Notes: generated from the sequence alone by a model not told the origin. DNA of 64,000 bases from Balneolaceae bacterium (GCA_007693295.1 REDT01000264.1:146-64145), one strand, 5' to 3'; positions 1 through 11,407 are shown, counted from the first letter of the stretch. Translations and numbers: made by a program.

Positions 1-3
1 CCC

Positions 4-1365
4 ATGCAAGATCTCCAACTCATACTTGCCACGTTAGCCGGAATTGCCCTGCTCCTTTTGATGGTGACCCGCTTTAAAATCAATGCGTTTATCGCTCTTA
101 TGATCTCAAGTATCTTTGTTGGCCTGGCGGCGGGTATGCCCGGTTCAGCCGTTATAGAGAGCATGCAGCAGGGAATGGGCGGTACACTTGGTTTTGTGGC
201 AACCGTGGTGGGATTGGGTGCAATCTTTGGCCAGATACTCGAGCACTCGGGCGGTGCCGAGGCGGTGGCCCGGAAAATGCTGAAGAAATTTGGCAAAGAG
301 AATGCCTCCTGGGCGATGATGATTACCGGATTTTTTGTAGCCATTCCCGTTTTTTTTGATGTGGCGTTCATTATCCTGGTCCCGCTGGTCTATGCGCTTG
401 GCCGCGATACCGGCAAATCCCTTCTCTACTACGGCATCCCACTTCTTACAGGTCTTGCCGTTACTCACGCCTTCATCCCTCCCACACCCGGCCCTATTGC
501 TGTAGCTGATATTCTTGGGGCTGATTTGGGTTGGGTCATACTCTTTGGATTTATCATCGGGATTCCAACAGCTGTTGTTGCCGGGCCGATATTCGGGAAA
601 TATATCGGCAGTAAAATTCACGTTCCCATTCCGGAGTATATGGAGCTGTCAGGCTGGGATGATCACGATGACGATACCCTTCCCTCCTTTTGGCTGCTGA
701 TCAGCATCATCTCTGTGCCGCTTGTATTAATACTTGGCAATACGCTTACCAACGCACTGGTTCAGCAAGGTGTTTGGCAGCCGGGTCTGTTCAGCGGGAT
801 AATGACTTTTATCGGGCATCCATTTATTGCGCTCACCATAGCCGTGCTGATTGCCCTCTATTGGCTGGGAGTTCGTCGCGGCTCAACCCGTGAGCAGCTC
901 TCCAAATTGAGCATGGAAGCGATGAAGCCGGCCGGTGTAATAATTCTTATTACAGGCGCGGGAGGAGTATTCAAGGAGGTTTTGGTTGACAGCGGTGTGG
1001 GTGAGATGCTGGCTACAACGATGTCTGATATCGGGCTTCCGGTGATTGTACTTGCCTGGCTGATTGCGGCCGCAGTGAGAATTACACAGGGTTCGGCCAC
1101 TGTAGCCATGATCACGGCGGCCGGGATTATCTATCCCATTATGATCAATTTTGATTTAAGTGAACCCTATAAAGCCCTTGTGGTTCTTTCCATAGCAGCC
1201 GGTGCTACAATCATGTCTCACGTGAACGACAGCGGCTTCTGGCTGGTAAACCGGTACTTCGGAATGAGCGAAAAAGATACGCTTCGCTCCTGGACGGTAA
1301 TGGCGACCATTGTAGCTGTGATGGGTTTAATACTTGCTCTGGCGTTGAGTTTTGTAGTGGGTTAA
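4..1365 (+). CDS. gntP: GntP family gluconate:H+ symporter
   Basis: 453 aa, very hydrophobic; GntP motifs HAFIPPTPGP, RITQGSATVA, SHVNDSGFW. Confidence 0.9.
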   Translation: MQDLQLILATLAGIALLLLMVTRFKINAFIALMISSIFVGLAAGMPGSAVIESMQQGMGGTLGFVATVVGLGAIFGQILEHSGGAEAVARKMLKKFGKENASWAMMITGFFVAIPVFFDVAFIILVPLVYALGRDTGKSLLYYGIPLLTGLAVTHAFIPPTPGPIAVADILGADLGWVILFGFIIGIPTAVVAGPIFGKYIGSKIHVPIPEYMELSGWDDHDDDTLPSFWLLISIISVPLVLILGNTLTNALVQQGVWQPGLFSGIMTFIGHPFIALTIAVLIALYWLGVRRGSTREQLSKLSMEAMKPAGVIILITGAGGVFKEVLVDSGVGEMLATTMSDIGLPVIVLAWLIAAAVRITQGSATVAMITAAGIIYPIMINFDLSEPYKALVVLSIAAGATIMSHVNDSGFWLVNRYFGMSEKDTLRSWTVMATIVAVMGLILALALSFVVG

Positions 1366-1484
1366 CAACTGTCAGGGTTGGAGTGACCTTAAGGTGTCTG
1401 TAGCGGAACGGAAGTCCTTTGTCTAATGCATCCCTGTGGTTAAAAACCTCCATTACTCTATCTTTTAGATCGACATCCCTTTTG

Positions 1485-1551
1485 CATCCCCCCGGCAAAA
1501 ACGCTAAACGCGTTTTTACATCCCCTCCGCCAGCCGGCGGAGGGACACTCC
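1485..1551. repeat. Family A palindromic element (right arm) with nested CCGCCAGCCGGCGG
   Basis: CATCCCCCC + hairpin AAAAACGC/GCGTTTTT + CCCTCCGCC-AGCC-GGCGGAGGGACACT; similar arms at 39755-39795 and 53935-53973. Confidence 0.75.
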
Positions 1552-1569
1552 TGTGACCTTGAAAATCTT

Positions 1570-4158
1570 CTATCCCGGTTTTACTACAAGATTCACAATA
1601 CGTCCCGGTACAAAAATCTCCTTCACAATGGTTGAACCATCAAGGTATTTTTCAATATTCTTTTGCTGTTTGGCAAGGCCGAGTACAAAATCCTTGTCTT
1701 TGGCTCTCTCAGCCGGAACTTCGATATTTGCCCGAACTTTTCCATTCACCTGTACAGGATATTCAACCGTATCGCTCTTGAGATACTCCTCGTTATATGC
1801 CGGCCACTCTTCATATGCCAGCGTCTCTTTATGCCCGAGCCTGTTCCACATCTCTTCAGCAATGTGCGGTGCAAATGGAGAGAGCAGAATCACAAAAGGT
1901 TCAGCAACAGATCTTGGTAAAGCTTCCCACTGGTTGGCTTCATTCACAAAGATCATCAATGCAGAGATACCGGTATTAAATCGCATATTCTCGATATCCT
2001 CGGTCACTTTCTTGATCGCTTCGTGAAGCACTTTCAGCTGTCCGGCATCCGCCTCGGTGTCCGAGATATTCAGCACATCCTCATCCCCGTCTCCGAAAAA
2101 GAGTCGCCAGGCGCGGTTCAGAAAACGGTTCACGCCCTCCACACCTTTCGTACTCCAGGGCTTTACCTGCTCCAGCGGCCCCATAAACATCTCATAGAGT
2201 CGCAGAGAGTCTGCACCGTAACGCACCACAACATCATCAGGATTGATCACATTTCCACGCGATTTCGACATTTTATGAGCTTTGGAATCAACAGTAATTT
2301 GAGTTCCCTTCATCACAAAGCGATCGCCTTTTTTCTCCACATCTGAATCGGATAGCCGCACCCGGGTAACATCGTCCAAACCGGCTGCTTCTTCGGCGCT
2401 GATCATTTTGCCATCTTTTTCATACGCGGTGTACTCTACCTCTCCAAGGATCATCCCCTGGTGGACCAGCTTTTGAAATGGCTCTTTAGTGGATACAACT
2501 CCGCAATCGTACAGCACTTTGTGCCAGAACCGGGCATAGAGAAGATGCAGAACCGAGTGTTCAGACCCACCCACATAGAGATCAACGGGCATCCAGTAGT
2601 TCTCTTCGCCTTTGTCAACAGGTCCGCCATCATAATCGGGACTAATATAGCGTAAATAGTACCAGCACGATCCGGCCCATTGTGGCATGGTATTGGTTTC
2701 ACGAAGAGCCTTTTTGCCGGTCTCCGGATCTGTTGTCTCAACCCACTCAGTGGCACGTGCCAGCGGTGGTTCACCAGTTTTAGTTGGCTGGAAATGGTCT
2801 ACTTCCGGCAGGATTACGGGCAGCTCCTCTTCGGGTACAGCTTTTGGCTTGCCATCCACATGTATAATGGGGAAAGGCTCACCCCAGTAGCGCTGACGTG
2901 AAAAAAGCCAGTCGCGCAGCTTATAGTTTACGCTCTTCTTGCCCACCCCGTTCTTCTCAAGCCATTCGATAATTCTTAACTTTGCGTCAGTAATGTATAG
3001 GCCATTTAAAAAGTCGCTGTTAATGGCCGGGCCATCTAAGGTATAGGCTTTTCCTTCAAAATCTTCAGGCGGCTGAACGGTTCGAATAATGGGCAGATCA
3101 AATGATTCGGCAAATTCCCAGTCGCGTTCATCCTGCCCGGGTACCGCCATAATGGCCCCGGTTCCGTAGTGAGCAAGCACATAGTCGGCAATCCAGATCG
3201 GGATCTCCTTGCCGTTGGCCGGATTGATGGCGTAAGCTCCGGTAAAAACCCCCGACTTCTCTTTAGTGATCTCCTGTCGTTCTAAATCGGATTTCTGCTC
3301 AGCTTTCTCCTTATAGTCTTCAACATCCTTTTTCTGGTCCGGAGTCGTAATTACATCCACAAGATGGTGTTCCGGTGCAAGTACCATGTAGGTAGCGCCA
3401 AAAATGGTATCGGGACGGGTGGTAAACACACAAATCTTCTCATCGTGCTCATGAACCTGGAAGTCGATCTCTGCCCCTATCGATTTTCCAATCCAGTTGC
3501 GCTGCATCTCTTTAGTAGATTCGGGCCATTCAAGGTCGTCCAGGTCTTCAAGCAGACGATCTGCATAGGCCGTAATTTTCAGTACCCATTGGCGCATCGG
3601 TCTTCTTACGACCGGGTAACCTCCTACTTCACTCTTTCCGTCGATAACCTCTTCATTGGCCAGAACAGTCCCAAGTTCGGGGCACCAGTTAACCGGAGCT
3701 TCATCTTCATAGGCAAGACCTTTTTCAAAGAGCTTGAGGAATATCCACTGTGTCCACTTGTAGTAATCGGGGTCGGTAGTGTTTACTTCACGGTCCCAAT
3801 CGTAGGAGAAGCCGAGCATCTGAAGCTGTTCCCGAAATCGAATGATATTCTTCTCAGTGGTAATCCGGGGATGGGTTCCTGTTTTGACTGCATACTGCTC
3901 GGCCGGCAGTCCAAATGCGTCCCATCCAATTGGGTGTAACACATTGTAGCCCTTCATTCTCTTGTATCGAGCCAGAATATCTGTAGCTGTATATCCCTCA
4001 GGATGCCCCACATGCAGACCCGATCCGCTGGGATAGGGAAACATATCTAAGATGTAGTATTTCGGCTTGTCGTGATTTTCCGGAGTTTTAAACGTCTTTT
4101 TTTCCAGCCAGTACTTCTGCCACCTGGTTTCAATCTCTGAAGGTTTGTAATTGCTCAT
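1570..4158 (-). CDS. leuS: Leucine--tRNA ligase
   Basis: [14 protein letters not shown] (HIGH), KMSKS, editing domain [10 protein letters not shown]-terminal PVQVNGKVR. Confidence 0.98.
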   Translation of the reverse strand: MSNYKPSEIETRWQKYWLEKKTFKTPENHDKPKYYILDMFPYPSGSGLHVGHPEGYTATDILARYKRMKGYNVLHPIGWDAFGLPAEQYAVKTGTHPRITTEKNIIRFREQLQMLGFSYDWDREVNTTDPDYYKWTQWIFLKLFEKGLAYEDEAPVNWCPELGTVLANEEVIDGKSEVGGYPVVRRPMRQWVLKITAYADRLLEDLDDLEWPESTKEMQRNWIGKSIGAEIDFQVHEHDEKICVFTTRPDTIFGATYMVLAPEHHLVDVITTPDQKKDVEDYKEKAEQKSDLERQEITKEKSGVFTGAYAINPANGKEIPIWIADYVLAHYGTGAIMAVPGQDERDWEFAESFDLPIIRTVQPPEDFEGKAYTLDGPAINSDFLNGLYITDAKLRIIEWLEKNGVGKKSVNYKLRDWLFSRQRYWGEPFPIIHVDGKPKAVPEEELPVILPEVDHFQPTKTGEPPLARATEWVETTDPETGKKALRETNTMPQWAGSCWYYLRYISPDYDGGPVDKGEENYWMPVDLYVGGSEHSVLHLLYARFWHKVLYDCGVVSTKEPFQKLVHQGMILGEVEYTAYEKDGKMISAEEAAGLDDVTRVRLSDSDVEKKGDRFVMKGTQITVDSKAHKMSKSRGNVINPDDVVVRYGADSLRLYEMFMGPLEQVKPWSTKGVEGVNRFLNRAWRLFFGDGDEDVLNISDTEADAGQLKVLHEAIKKVTEDIENMRFNTGISALMIFVNEANQWEALPRSVAEPFVILLSPFAPHIAEEMWNRLGHKETLAYEEWPAYNEEYLKSDTVEYPVQVNGKVRANIEVPAERAKDKDFVLGLAKQQKNIEKYLDGSTIVKEIFVPGRIVNLVVKPG

Positions 4159-4241
4159 TAAGGTTTTGTGTGTGCAGTTCTTTAAATAATATTTTCGGAT
4201 AGCTTGATAAGATATGGAAAAAAAGATTCGGACTCACGCCG

Positions 4242-4323
4242 AACTCACCCCCTGTCCCCCTCTCTTCGCAGTCGCCCTCGTTCGCTAATCGCGAACTGTG
4301 CTCCTTCGCAAAGAGGGGGAACT
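4242..4323. repeat. Family A palindromic element arm
   Basis: ACTCACCCCCTGTCCCCCTCT...AGAGGGGGAACT with internal hairpin GTTCGC/GCGAAC; resembles 57078-57117; an inverted GGGGTGAGT remnant with CCCTACGGGA lies at about 4489-4511. Confidence 0.65.
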
Positions 4324-4519
4324 CTCTACTTATATCGTACCACATTATAGATATATGAGGGTTTCAAAATTTGACAAGAAATAATTTAAGGCTGGATTAA
4401 CATTTCAATTTCGATTATAAAAAAATTAATGCCAGAGTTATTCACTATTGAGACAAAAAATGTAATCAAGCTTAGCATCTAATTAATGAGTCCCTACGGG
4501 AGGGGTGAGTCCTACTGAG

Positions 4520-5368
4520 TCAAAGAAACCTTTTCACAATATCCCCATACTCATCCACCCTTCTGTCGCGGAAAAAAGGCCAGATCTGCCGATGGTTTTC
4601 GATGGTGCTGAAATCGATATCCGTGATAATAAATCCTTCATTTTCGTCTGCCTGAGCGATCAACTCTCCGAATGGGCCGCAAACGAAAGAGTTGCCCCAG
4701 AATTTTGATCCGCCCTCTACTCCCACCCTGTTAATGCTTGCCACAAAGCAGCCATTAGCTATGGCGTGACTTCGCTGAATGGTTTTCCAGGCGTCCATGA
4801 ACTGTTTTTTGTCGGTGTCGCTCTCTTCCGGCAGGGTGCCGATTGCCGTTGGGTAGACCAGGATATCGGCACCGGCCATGGCTGTTAAACGGGCGGCTTC
4901 CGGGAACCACTGATCCCAGCAGATCAACGTACCGATTTTACCGGCTGAGGTATCAAAAACTTTGAAACCCAAATCCCCCGGTGTAAAATAGTACTTCTCA
5001 TAAAATCCGGGGTCATCCGGTATGTGCATTTTCCGGTATAATCCGGCAATGGTTCCATCCTTTTCAAGCACTACCATTGTATTAAAATAGATTCCGGCTG
5101 CTTTTCTCTCAAAAAGCGGCAGCAGAATCACAACACCCAACTCTTTTGCCAGCTTTGAAAATCGATCGGTGGTTGGTCCAGGCACCGGTTCTGCCCAGGA
5201 GAAAAATGTTTGATCTATCTCACGGCAAAAATAGGTGGAATTAAACAACTCTTGAAGCGCAATGCAATCGGCTCCGGCTTTTGCAGCCTCCCTGATAAAA
5301 TGCTCAGCCTTGTCACTGTTTTCCGGCAGATTTGTTGTACATGCAAATTGAATAGCAGCAAATTTCAC
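4520..5368 (-). CDS. Carbon-nitrogen hydrolase, N-carbamoylputrescine amidase (AguB)-like
   Basis: Nitrilase triad motifs LQELF, YRKMHIPDDPGFYEKYYF, ICWDQWFPE; GTG start. Confidence 0.88.
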   Translation of the reverse strand: MKFAAIQFACTTNLPENSDKAEHFIREAAKAGADCIALQELFNSTYFCREIDQTFFSWAEPVPGPTTDRFSKLAKELGVVILLPLFERKAAGIYFNTMVVLEKDGTIAGLYRKMHIPDDPGFYEKYYFTPGDLGFKVFDTSAGKIGTLICWDQWFPEAARLTAMAGADILVYPTAIGTLPEESDTDKKQFMDAWKTIQRSHAIANGCFVASINRVGVEGGSKFWGNSFVCGPFGELIAQADENEGFIITDIDFSTIENHRQIWPFFRDRRVDEYGDIVKRFL

Positions 5369-5645
5369 AATTCAAATATTAATGAAGATTATCTGATGTT
5401 TTTTATTAAAAAAAGAATGTAAGCAAAATGAATCTGAATCGCATTTAAGCTATTTGGCATCATATCGGTAAAAAGATTCAAAAAAGCGCTTTTCTTTTCA
5501 TAAAATTAAGCGAATGTCCTACCTTTAAAACTTGAGATATAATTCAATTTTTCCTCATAAAAACTTCATGCTCATCATTTACTCTTTTTTATTCACGATG
5601 AGCTCTACTATTTATTAAATGACTATAAAAAGAAATTATTCAGAA

Positions 5646-7250
5646 ATGAATCAATATCATAAGCAACCAAAAAGTAAATACGGACTCGACTACCTGGGAC
5701 TAAAAGACAGTGAAAATGTACTTTGGAACCTCAATCCCTCCGAGCTATACGAGCAGGCTATCAGCAATGGAGAAGCCGTTTTAACAGACAAACACGCTCT
5801 GTTGGTTCATACCGGTAAATACACCGGCAGGTCTCCGCTTGATAAATTCACGGTTGAAGAGCCATCCACAAAAGATGATATCGACTGGGGCGGATTTAAC
5901 AAGCCCATCTCTTCTGAGATTTTCGATAATCTTCATAAAAAAGTAGCCGGATATCTGACAGACAAGAAACTTTATGTAAAAGATCTTTATGCCGGTGCGG
6001 ATCCAAAATACAGGCTTAATGTCCGCGTGGTGAGTGCAGCAGCATATCACGGCCTGTTTGCACACAATATGTTTATCAACCCGCCTGATGATGAACTGAC
6101 AAACATCGAGCCGGGTTTTACCGTATTGGCTGCTCCAACCTTTCAGGCTAACCCTGAGGTTGATGGTACACGATCAAGTACCTTTATACTCTGCAGTTTT
6201 GAAAAGAAGCTGATTCTGATTGGAGGTACACTCTATTCCGGCGAAGTGAAAAAAGGCATTTTTGCAGTATTGAATTACCTGTTACCTAAACGGGATGTAA
6301 TGGCTATGCACTGCTCGGCCAATATGGAGCATGATGGAAAGACAGCTGTCTTTTTTGGCCTCTCAGGAACCGGTAAAACCACGCTCTCTGCTGATGCCGA
6401 TAAGGTTTTAATTGGTGATGATGAACACGGATGGAGTGAAGACGGCATCTTCAACTTTGAAGGCGGATGTTATGCAAAAACGATCAATCTATCAGCTGAG
6501 AAAGAACCCGAGATCTATCAGACAACGCAAATGCCGGGTACAATACTTGAAAATGTTGTTGTTAATAAAGACAGGGTGCCGGATTTTGATGATGACAGCC
6601 TCACTCAGAACACTCGCTGTTCCTATCCGATATCATTTATACCGAATGCCAGCGAAACGGGAATTGGAGGGCATCCAGAGAACGTAATCTTTTTAACCGC
6701 CGATGCATTCGGGGTGCTCCCCCCTATTTCCAAGCTAACACCCGAACAGGCTATGTATCACTTCATCAGCGGATACACTGCCAAGGTTGCCGGAACCGAA
6801 CGTGGAGTTACCGAACCGCAGGCTACCTTCTCTGCTTGCTTTGGGGCACCTTTTATGCCGCTGCACCCTACTGTTTATGCTGAACTGCTTGCCGAAAAGA
6901 TCAGGAAGCATAACTCCAATGTGTGGCTGGTAAATACCGGCTGGACCGGCGGGATGTATGGAACCGGTTCTCGTATGAAACTCTCGCACACCCGCAAGAT
7001 GCTAAATGAAGCGATTGCCGGAAATCTGGATGATGTAAATTATGTAGAGGAGCCAATATTTGGCCTACAAATTCCCAAAAAAGTGACCGGAGTACCCGAT
7101 AACGTACTCATTCCCCGAAATACATGGAAAGATAAAGACGCTTACGACAAAAAGGCGGCTGAACTCGCAGACATGTTTAAACGGAATTTTGAAAAGTTCT
7201 CTGAACTGGCAAGTAATGAGCTTCTAAAGGCCGGGCCGGTAATTGAATAA
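5646..7250 (+). CDS. pckA: Phosphoenolpyruvate carboxykinase (ATP)
   Basis: FFGLSGTGKTTLS P-loop, IGDDEHGW, NFEGGCYAK; start may be 5619 or 5646. Confidence 0.97.
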   Translation: MNQYHKQPKSKYGLDYLGLKDSENVLWNLNPSELYEQAISNGEAVLTDKHALLVHTGKYTGRSPLDKFTVEEPSTKDDIDWGGFNKPISSEIFDNLHKKVAGYLTDKKLYVKDLYAGADPKYRLNVRVVSAAAYHGLFAHNMFINPPDDELTNIEPGFTVLAAPTFQANPEVDGTRSSTFILCSFEKKLILIGGTLYSGEVKKGIFAVLNYLLPKRDVMAMHCSANMEHDGKTAVFFGLSGTGKTTLSADADKVLIGDDEHGWSEDGIFNFEGGCYAKTINLSAEKEPEIYQTTQMPGTILENVVVNKDRVPDFDDDSLTQNTRCSYPISFIPNASETGIGGHPENVIFLTADAFGVLPPISKLTPEQAMYHFISGYTAKVAGTERGVTEPQATFSACFGAPFMPLHPTVYAELLAEKIRKHNSNVWLVNTGWTGGMYGTGSRMKLSHTRKMLNEAIAGNLDDVNYVEEPIFGLQIPKKVTGVPDNVLIPRNTWKDKDAYDKKAAELADMFKRNFEKFSELASNELLKAGPVIE

Positions 7251-7269
7251 TCTGATTAGTGATTGACTG

Positions 7270-7309
7270 AAAGGCCCGGAGTGGAGACATTTCGGGCTTT
7301 TCTGTTTTT
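7270..7309 (+). terminator. Intrinsic terminator after pckA
   Basis: AAAGGCCCGGAGTG-GAGA-CATTTCGGGCTTTT stem-loop followed by T-rich tract. Confidence 0.75.
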
Positions 7310-7339
7310 CAGGTTCTTTTACTCAAGTTTGAAGTTCCG

Positions 7340-7347
7340 TACCTTTG
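7340..7347 (+). promoter_or_regulatory. Bacteroidota-type -7 promoter element (TAnnTTTG) upstream of deoC
   Basis: TACCTTTG 27 nt upstream of the deoC start. Confidence 0.5.
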
Positions 7348-7374
7348 AATTCAAGTTTTTAAAGAAAATAATTT

Positions 7375-8283
7375 ATGAGCGTTATTTCCATTCCCGATTT
7401 TAATCAAACTATCCCAATCGATAAGGTTGGGGTTGAAGAGCGTGTATCACGCTTAAATAAGCGAAGTATCAAAAAAGAGTCCAAGGTTCAGGCCCTTAAG
7501 CTGGCACTAAGCATGATTGACCTGACAACCCTGGAGGGAAAAGATTCTGAAGGCAAAGTGATTCAAATGTGCAGTAAGGCAAGGGTGCCCTATGCCCCGA
7601 TGCCACAACTGCCTTCTGTAGCCGCCGTTTGCGTATATCCGAATATGGTAGCCACAGCAAAAAAGGCGCTGAAAGGCACCGGCATTTATGTGGCAAGCGT
7701 TGCCACTGCTTTTCCCAGCGGAATGGCTCAGCTGCAGGTTAAACTGGATGACACCAAGTTTGCCGTTGATAGCGGAGCCGATGAAATTGATATGGTAATT
7801 TCTCGCGGTGAATTTTTGAAGGGGAACTACAATTTTATTTTTGATGAAATTGCCGCTATAAAAGAGGCCTGTGGAGAAGCTCATCTAAAGGTTATTCTTG
7901 AAACCGGCGAGCTCGAAACCTATGAAAATGTGCGCACGGCAAGCGACATTGCGATGTATGCGGGAGCGGATTTTATTAAAACCTCAACCGGAAAAATATC
8001 TCCTGCGGCAACGCAACCGGTTACACTGGTTATGCTGGAAGCCATTCGAGATTTTTACGGTGACACGGGCATTATGGTAGGCATGAAACCCGCCGGCGGT
8101 ATTCGAAAGGCGAAAGAGGCACTGCAATATCTTGTCTTGGTTAAGGAAACACTGGGGGCGGCATGGCTTACGCCCAACTGGTTCCGGTTTGGGGCAAGCT
8201 CACTCACAAACGACCTGTTGATGCAGATTGTAAAACAGGAAACAGGAGTATATCAAAGCCTGCACTACTTCTCTGAAGATTAA
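7375..8283 (+). CDS. deoC: Deoxyribose-phosphate aldolase (long type)
   Basis: IDLTTLEG, GADEIDMVI, LKVILETGEL, ADFIKTSTGK, KPAGGIR, RFGASSL. Confidence 0.96.
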   Translation: MSVISIPDFNQTIPIDKVGVEERVSRLNKRSIKKESKVQALKLALSMIDLTTLEGKDSEGKVIQMCSKARVPYAPMPQLPSVAAVCVYPNMVATAKKALKGTGIYVASVATAFPSGMAQLQVKLDDTKFAVDSGADEIDMVISRGEFLKGNYNFIFDEIAAIKEACGEAHLKVILETGELETYENVRTASDIAMYAGADFIKTSTGKISPAATQPVTLVMLEAIRDFYGDTGIMVGMKPAGGIRKAKEALQYLVLVKETLGAAWLTPNWFRFGASSLTNDLLMQIVKQETGVYQSLHYFSED

Positions 8284-8308
8284 ACGATTTTAAAACGGTA
8301 CACATATT

Positions 8309-9844
8309 ATGTCTGAGAAAACGAAAAAAAATGAAGGTGAAGCCACTGCCAACGGCTCTGCGAAGCCCACATCTCCAAATGCGGACCTGAAGCATGATTT
8401 TGCATCTTTTTGGAACTATAGCCCGGCACCTGAGAGCAGTGATTTTGTAGAGATCAGGGAGCAGTATCAACACTATATTGATGGTTCCTTTTCTGTACCG
8501 GCCAAGAAGCGCTATTTTAAATCGATCAATCCGGCTACCGAAGAGGTTCTTGCGGAATTTGCTGAAGGGACTTCAGAAGACGTGGACAAAGCGGTAAAGG
8601 CAGCCCGCAAAGCCTATGATAAAGTTTGGAGTAAATTACCGGCCCGTGAGAGAGGAAAATATATCTACCGGATTGCAAGAATGATCCAGGAGCGGGCCAG
8701 AGAGCTGGCCATTATCGAATCGATGGATGGCGGAAAACCGATCCGCGAATCACGTGATGTAGACGTTCCTCTGGCTGCTGCATACTTCTTCTATTATGCC
8801 GGCTGGGCCGATAAACTGGACTACGCCTTCCCGGGCAGAAAAGCTGAGCCCGTAGGTGTATGCGGACAGATCATCCCCTGGAACTTTCCGCTTCTGATGC
8901 TTGCATGGAAAATCGCTCCTGCCCTGGCAACGGGCAATACCGTTGTGTTGAAACCGGCCGAAACCACATCTTTAACCGCACTGAAATTTGCAGAGATCTG
9001 CATGGATGCAGGGTTGCCGGCAGGCGTTGTAAATATTGTTACAGGAGCAGGTCAGACAGGAGCTGCTATTGTGGATCATCCCGACATCAACAAAATTGCG
9101 TTTACCGGGTCTACAGAGGTTGGTAAAATTATTCAGAAATCTTTAGCGGGAACAGAGAAGAAATTTACCCTTGAACTGGGAGGTAAAGGACCCAACATTA
9201 TTTTTGAGGATGCTTCAGTGGATCAGGCCGTTGAGGGTATTGTGAACGCCATATTCTTTAACCAGGGCCATGTTTGCTGTGCCGGATCGCGATTGCTGGT
9301 ACAGGAGGGCATTGCCGACAAACTGATTAAGAAACTGAAGCAAAGAATGGAAACCTTGATTGTGGGTGATCCGCTGGATAAAAATACGGATATCGGGGCC
9401 ATTAATTCCAAAATGCAGTTCAATAAGATCAATGAGTATATTGAAATAGGTATTAAGGAGGGGGCAACCATCCATCAAAGCAACTCATCAAGCCTGCCGG
9501 ATAAAGGTTATTTCTGCAAGCCTACCATATTTACCGGTGTGGCACAAAGTAACCGGATTGTACAGGAAGAAATTTTCGGGCCTGTTTTGACGATTCAAAC
9601 TTTCCGAACACCTGAGGAAGCGGTGGAAAAGGCCAATAATACACCCTACGGGCTTGCCGGAGGTATTTGGACGGACAAAGGTTCTAAAATATTTAAAATC
9701 AGTCAAAAATTACGGTCCGGCGTGGTTTGGGCTAACACCTTTAATAAGTTTGACCCAACCTCACCCTTTGGAGGATACAAAGAGAGTGGAGTGGGTCGTG
9801 AAGGCGGGTTGCATGGATTGTACCCCTACGTGAAACTCAAATAA
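8309..9844 (+). CDS. Aldehyde dehydrogenase (full-length)
   Basis: IIPWNFP, FTGSTEVG, LELGGK, catalytic Cys in NQGHVCCAGSR, EEIFGPV, PFGGYKESG. Confidence 0.95.
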   Translation: MSEKTKKNEGEATANGSAKPTSPNADLKHDFASFWNYSPAPESSDFVEIREQYQHYIDGSFSVPAKKRYFKSINPATEEVLAEFAEGTSEDVDKAVKAARKAYDKVWSKLPARERGKYIYRIARMIQERARELAIIESMDGGKPIRESRDVDVPLAAAYFFYYAGWADKLDYAFPGRKAEPVGVCGQIIPWNFPLLMLAWKIAPALATGNTVVLKPAETTSLTALKFAEICMDAGLPAGVVNIVTGAGQTGAAIVDHPDINKIAFTGSTEVGKIIQKSLAGTEKKFTLELGGKGPNIIFEDASVDQAVEGIVNAIFFNQGHVCCAGSRLLVQEGIADKLIKKLKQRMETLIVGDPLDKNTDIGAINSKMQFNKINEYIEIGIKEGATIHQSNSSSLPDKGYFCKPTIFTGVAQSNRIVQEEIFGPVLTIQTFRTPEEAVEKANNTPYGLAGGIWTDKGSKIFKISQKLRSGVVWANTFNKFDPTSPFGGYKESGVGREGGLHGLYPYVKLK

Positions 9845-9906
9845 GGAATGAGATTACAGGCAGAATAGCCATGCTAATTCAAAACAACATTTTAACAAAT
9901 TAAGTC

Positions 9907-10770
9907 ATGTCAGACAGAATTGACGTTTTAAAAACCTACAAAACCTATGTTGGCGGGAAATTCCCCAGAAGTGAATCCGACCGAACCTACAAGGTTAATA
10001 ACAGTAATGACAAGGTAGTTGCCAATGCATGCCGCTGCACGCGTAAAGATGTCAGAGATGCGGTATTGGCAGCAAGAACAGCCTCAAAAGACTGGAGCGG
10101 CAGGTCGGCTTACAATCGCGGACAGGTACTCTATCGGATTGCTGAAATGCTGGAAGGACGCAAGGATCAATTTATCAGGGAACTGGAGCTGCTTGGCATG
10201 AAATCCAAAGAGGCCGTATATGAAGTTGAACTCTCGGTAGACAGGCTCATCTATTACGCGGGCTGGACGGATAAATATCCACAGGTTTTCGGTACCGTAA
10301 ATCCGGTTGCAAGTTCGCACTTTAATTTCAGCGCGCCCGAACCTACCGGTGTGGTCGGTATCATAGCCTCGGATGAGGACCCGCTCCTCTCCATCATCTC
10401 CCTGATAGCACCGGTAATTGCAGGTGGCAATACATGTGTAATCCTGGCATCAGAGAGCAATCCTTTGCCGGCTGTAAGTTTTGGAGAGGTTCTTCATGCA
10501 TCCGATGTACCCGCAGGTGTGGTAAATATTTTAACCGGTTACCGGGAAGAGATGGTTGATCACCTGAGCAGCCATATGGATGTAAATGCGGTTCTCAATA
10601 CTATTTTTGATAAAGAAACCCGGAAACTTATAGATGAAAATGCATCTATAAGCGTTAAGCGGGTAGTTCATTACGACAGTAAAAACTGGGCGGATGATAC
10701 CCATGAAAATCCATACTTAATTCTGGATTTTCAGGAAACCAAAACAACCTGGCATCCGGTAGGTGTCTAA
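9907..10770 (+). CDS. Short aldehyde dehydrogenase-like protein (nucleotide-binding/oligomerisation part only)
   Basis: ALDH N-terminal homology (RGQVLYRIAEML, YYAGWTDK, PAGVVNILTG) and C-terminal ETKTTWHP; no ELGGK or catalytic Cys domain. Confidence 0.85.
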   Translation: MSDRIDVLKTYKTYVGGKFPRSESDRTYKVNNSNDKVVANACRCTRKDVRDAVLAARTASKDWSGRSAYNRGQVLYRIAEMLEGRKDQFIRELELLGMKSKEAVYEVELSVDRLIYYAGWTDKYPQVFGTVNPVASSHFNFSAPEPTGVVGIIASDEDPLLSIISLIAPVIAGGNTCVILASESNPLPAVSFGEVLHASDVPAGVVNILTGYREEMVDHLSSHMDVNAVLNTIFDKETRKLIDENASISVKRVVHYDSKNWADDTHENPYLILDFQETKTTWHPVGV

Positions 10771-10782
10771 TATCTATTTTTT

Positions 10783-11406
10783 ATGATTAAACACGCTTAC
10801 ATTCCTGTTCTGCTGTTTCTGTTTTTATGGAGTTGCTCCACTACAGAGCCTGTCACCGAAGCTGAGAAGGAAGCAGCATCACCCTATTTTGAACTCACAG
10901 ATATAATTCTTGAGGAGTACGTACTCGAAAATCTCGATGAATTTGACAGGATGCTTGTGGAAAGCCGAAGCAGCCTTTCCGATCAGTTTTTAGACATGGA
11001 TCATGATATGCCGGAGATTTTCACACGTGAAGTGATTAAAGACGACCGCGATGTCGATGAATATGCCGGATTCCGTGTCCAGATACTCTCAACCCGTGAT
11101 GTGGTTCATGCCGATACGACCAAGGATAATTTTATGGCCTGGGCGGATTCAACAATAGCCGGCTATGCACCGGAAGCCTATGTCTTTTTCCGCCAGCCTT
11201 ACTACAGGGTTCGTGCCGGGGATTTTCATGATCGCGACATGGCCATTGAATTCTCAAGACTGCTGAAGCAATTCTATCCCGATGCCTGGGTAGTTCACGA
11301 CCGGGTTGAACCCAATCGCGTTCCGCCCGACACAGCAGTCATTAAATATCGTGAACCTGAAGATGTATTACAGCCTGTTAATACCGGGCGGTTAAATAAC
11401 CGCTAA
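10783..11406 (+). CDS. SPOR domain lipoprotein
   Basis: Lipobox LWSC; GFRVQI...PYYRVRAGDF...FYPDAWVV is SPOR-like. Confidence 0.8.
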   Translation: MIKHAYIPVLLFLFLWSCSTTEPVTEAEKEAASPYFELTDIILEEYVLENLDEFDRMLVESRSSLSDQFLDMDHDMPEIFTREVIKDDRDVDEYAGFRVQILSTRDVVHADTTKDNFMAWADSTIAGYAPEAYVFFRQPYYRVRAGDFHDRDMAIEFSRLLKQFYPDAWVVHDRVEPNRVPPDTAVIKYREPEDVLQPVNTGRLNNR

Positions 11407-11407
11407 A

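Noticed and set aside
4159..4519. T-box or leader peptide upstream of leuS
   Set aside because: No T-box consensus or Leu-rich leader seen; the structured part matches the dispersed family A repeat
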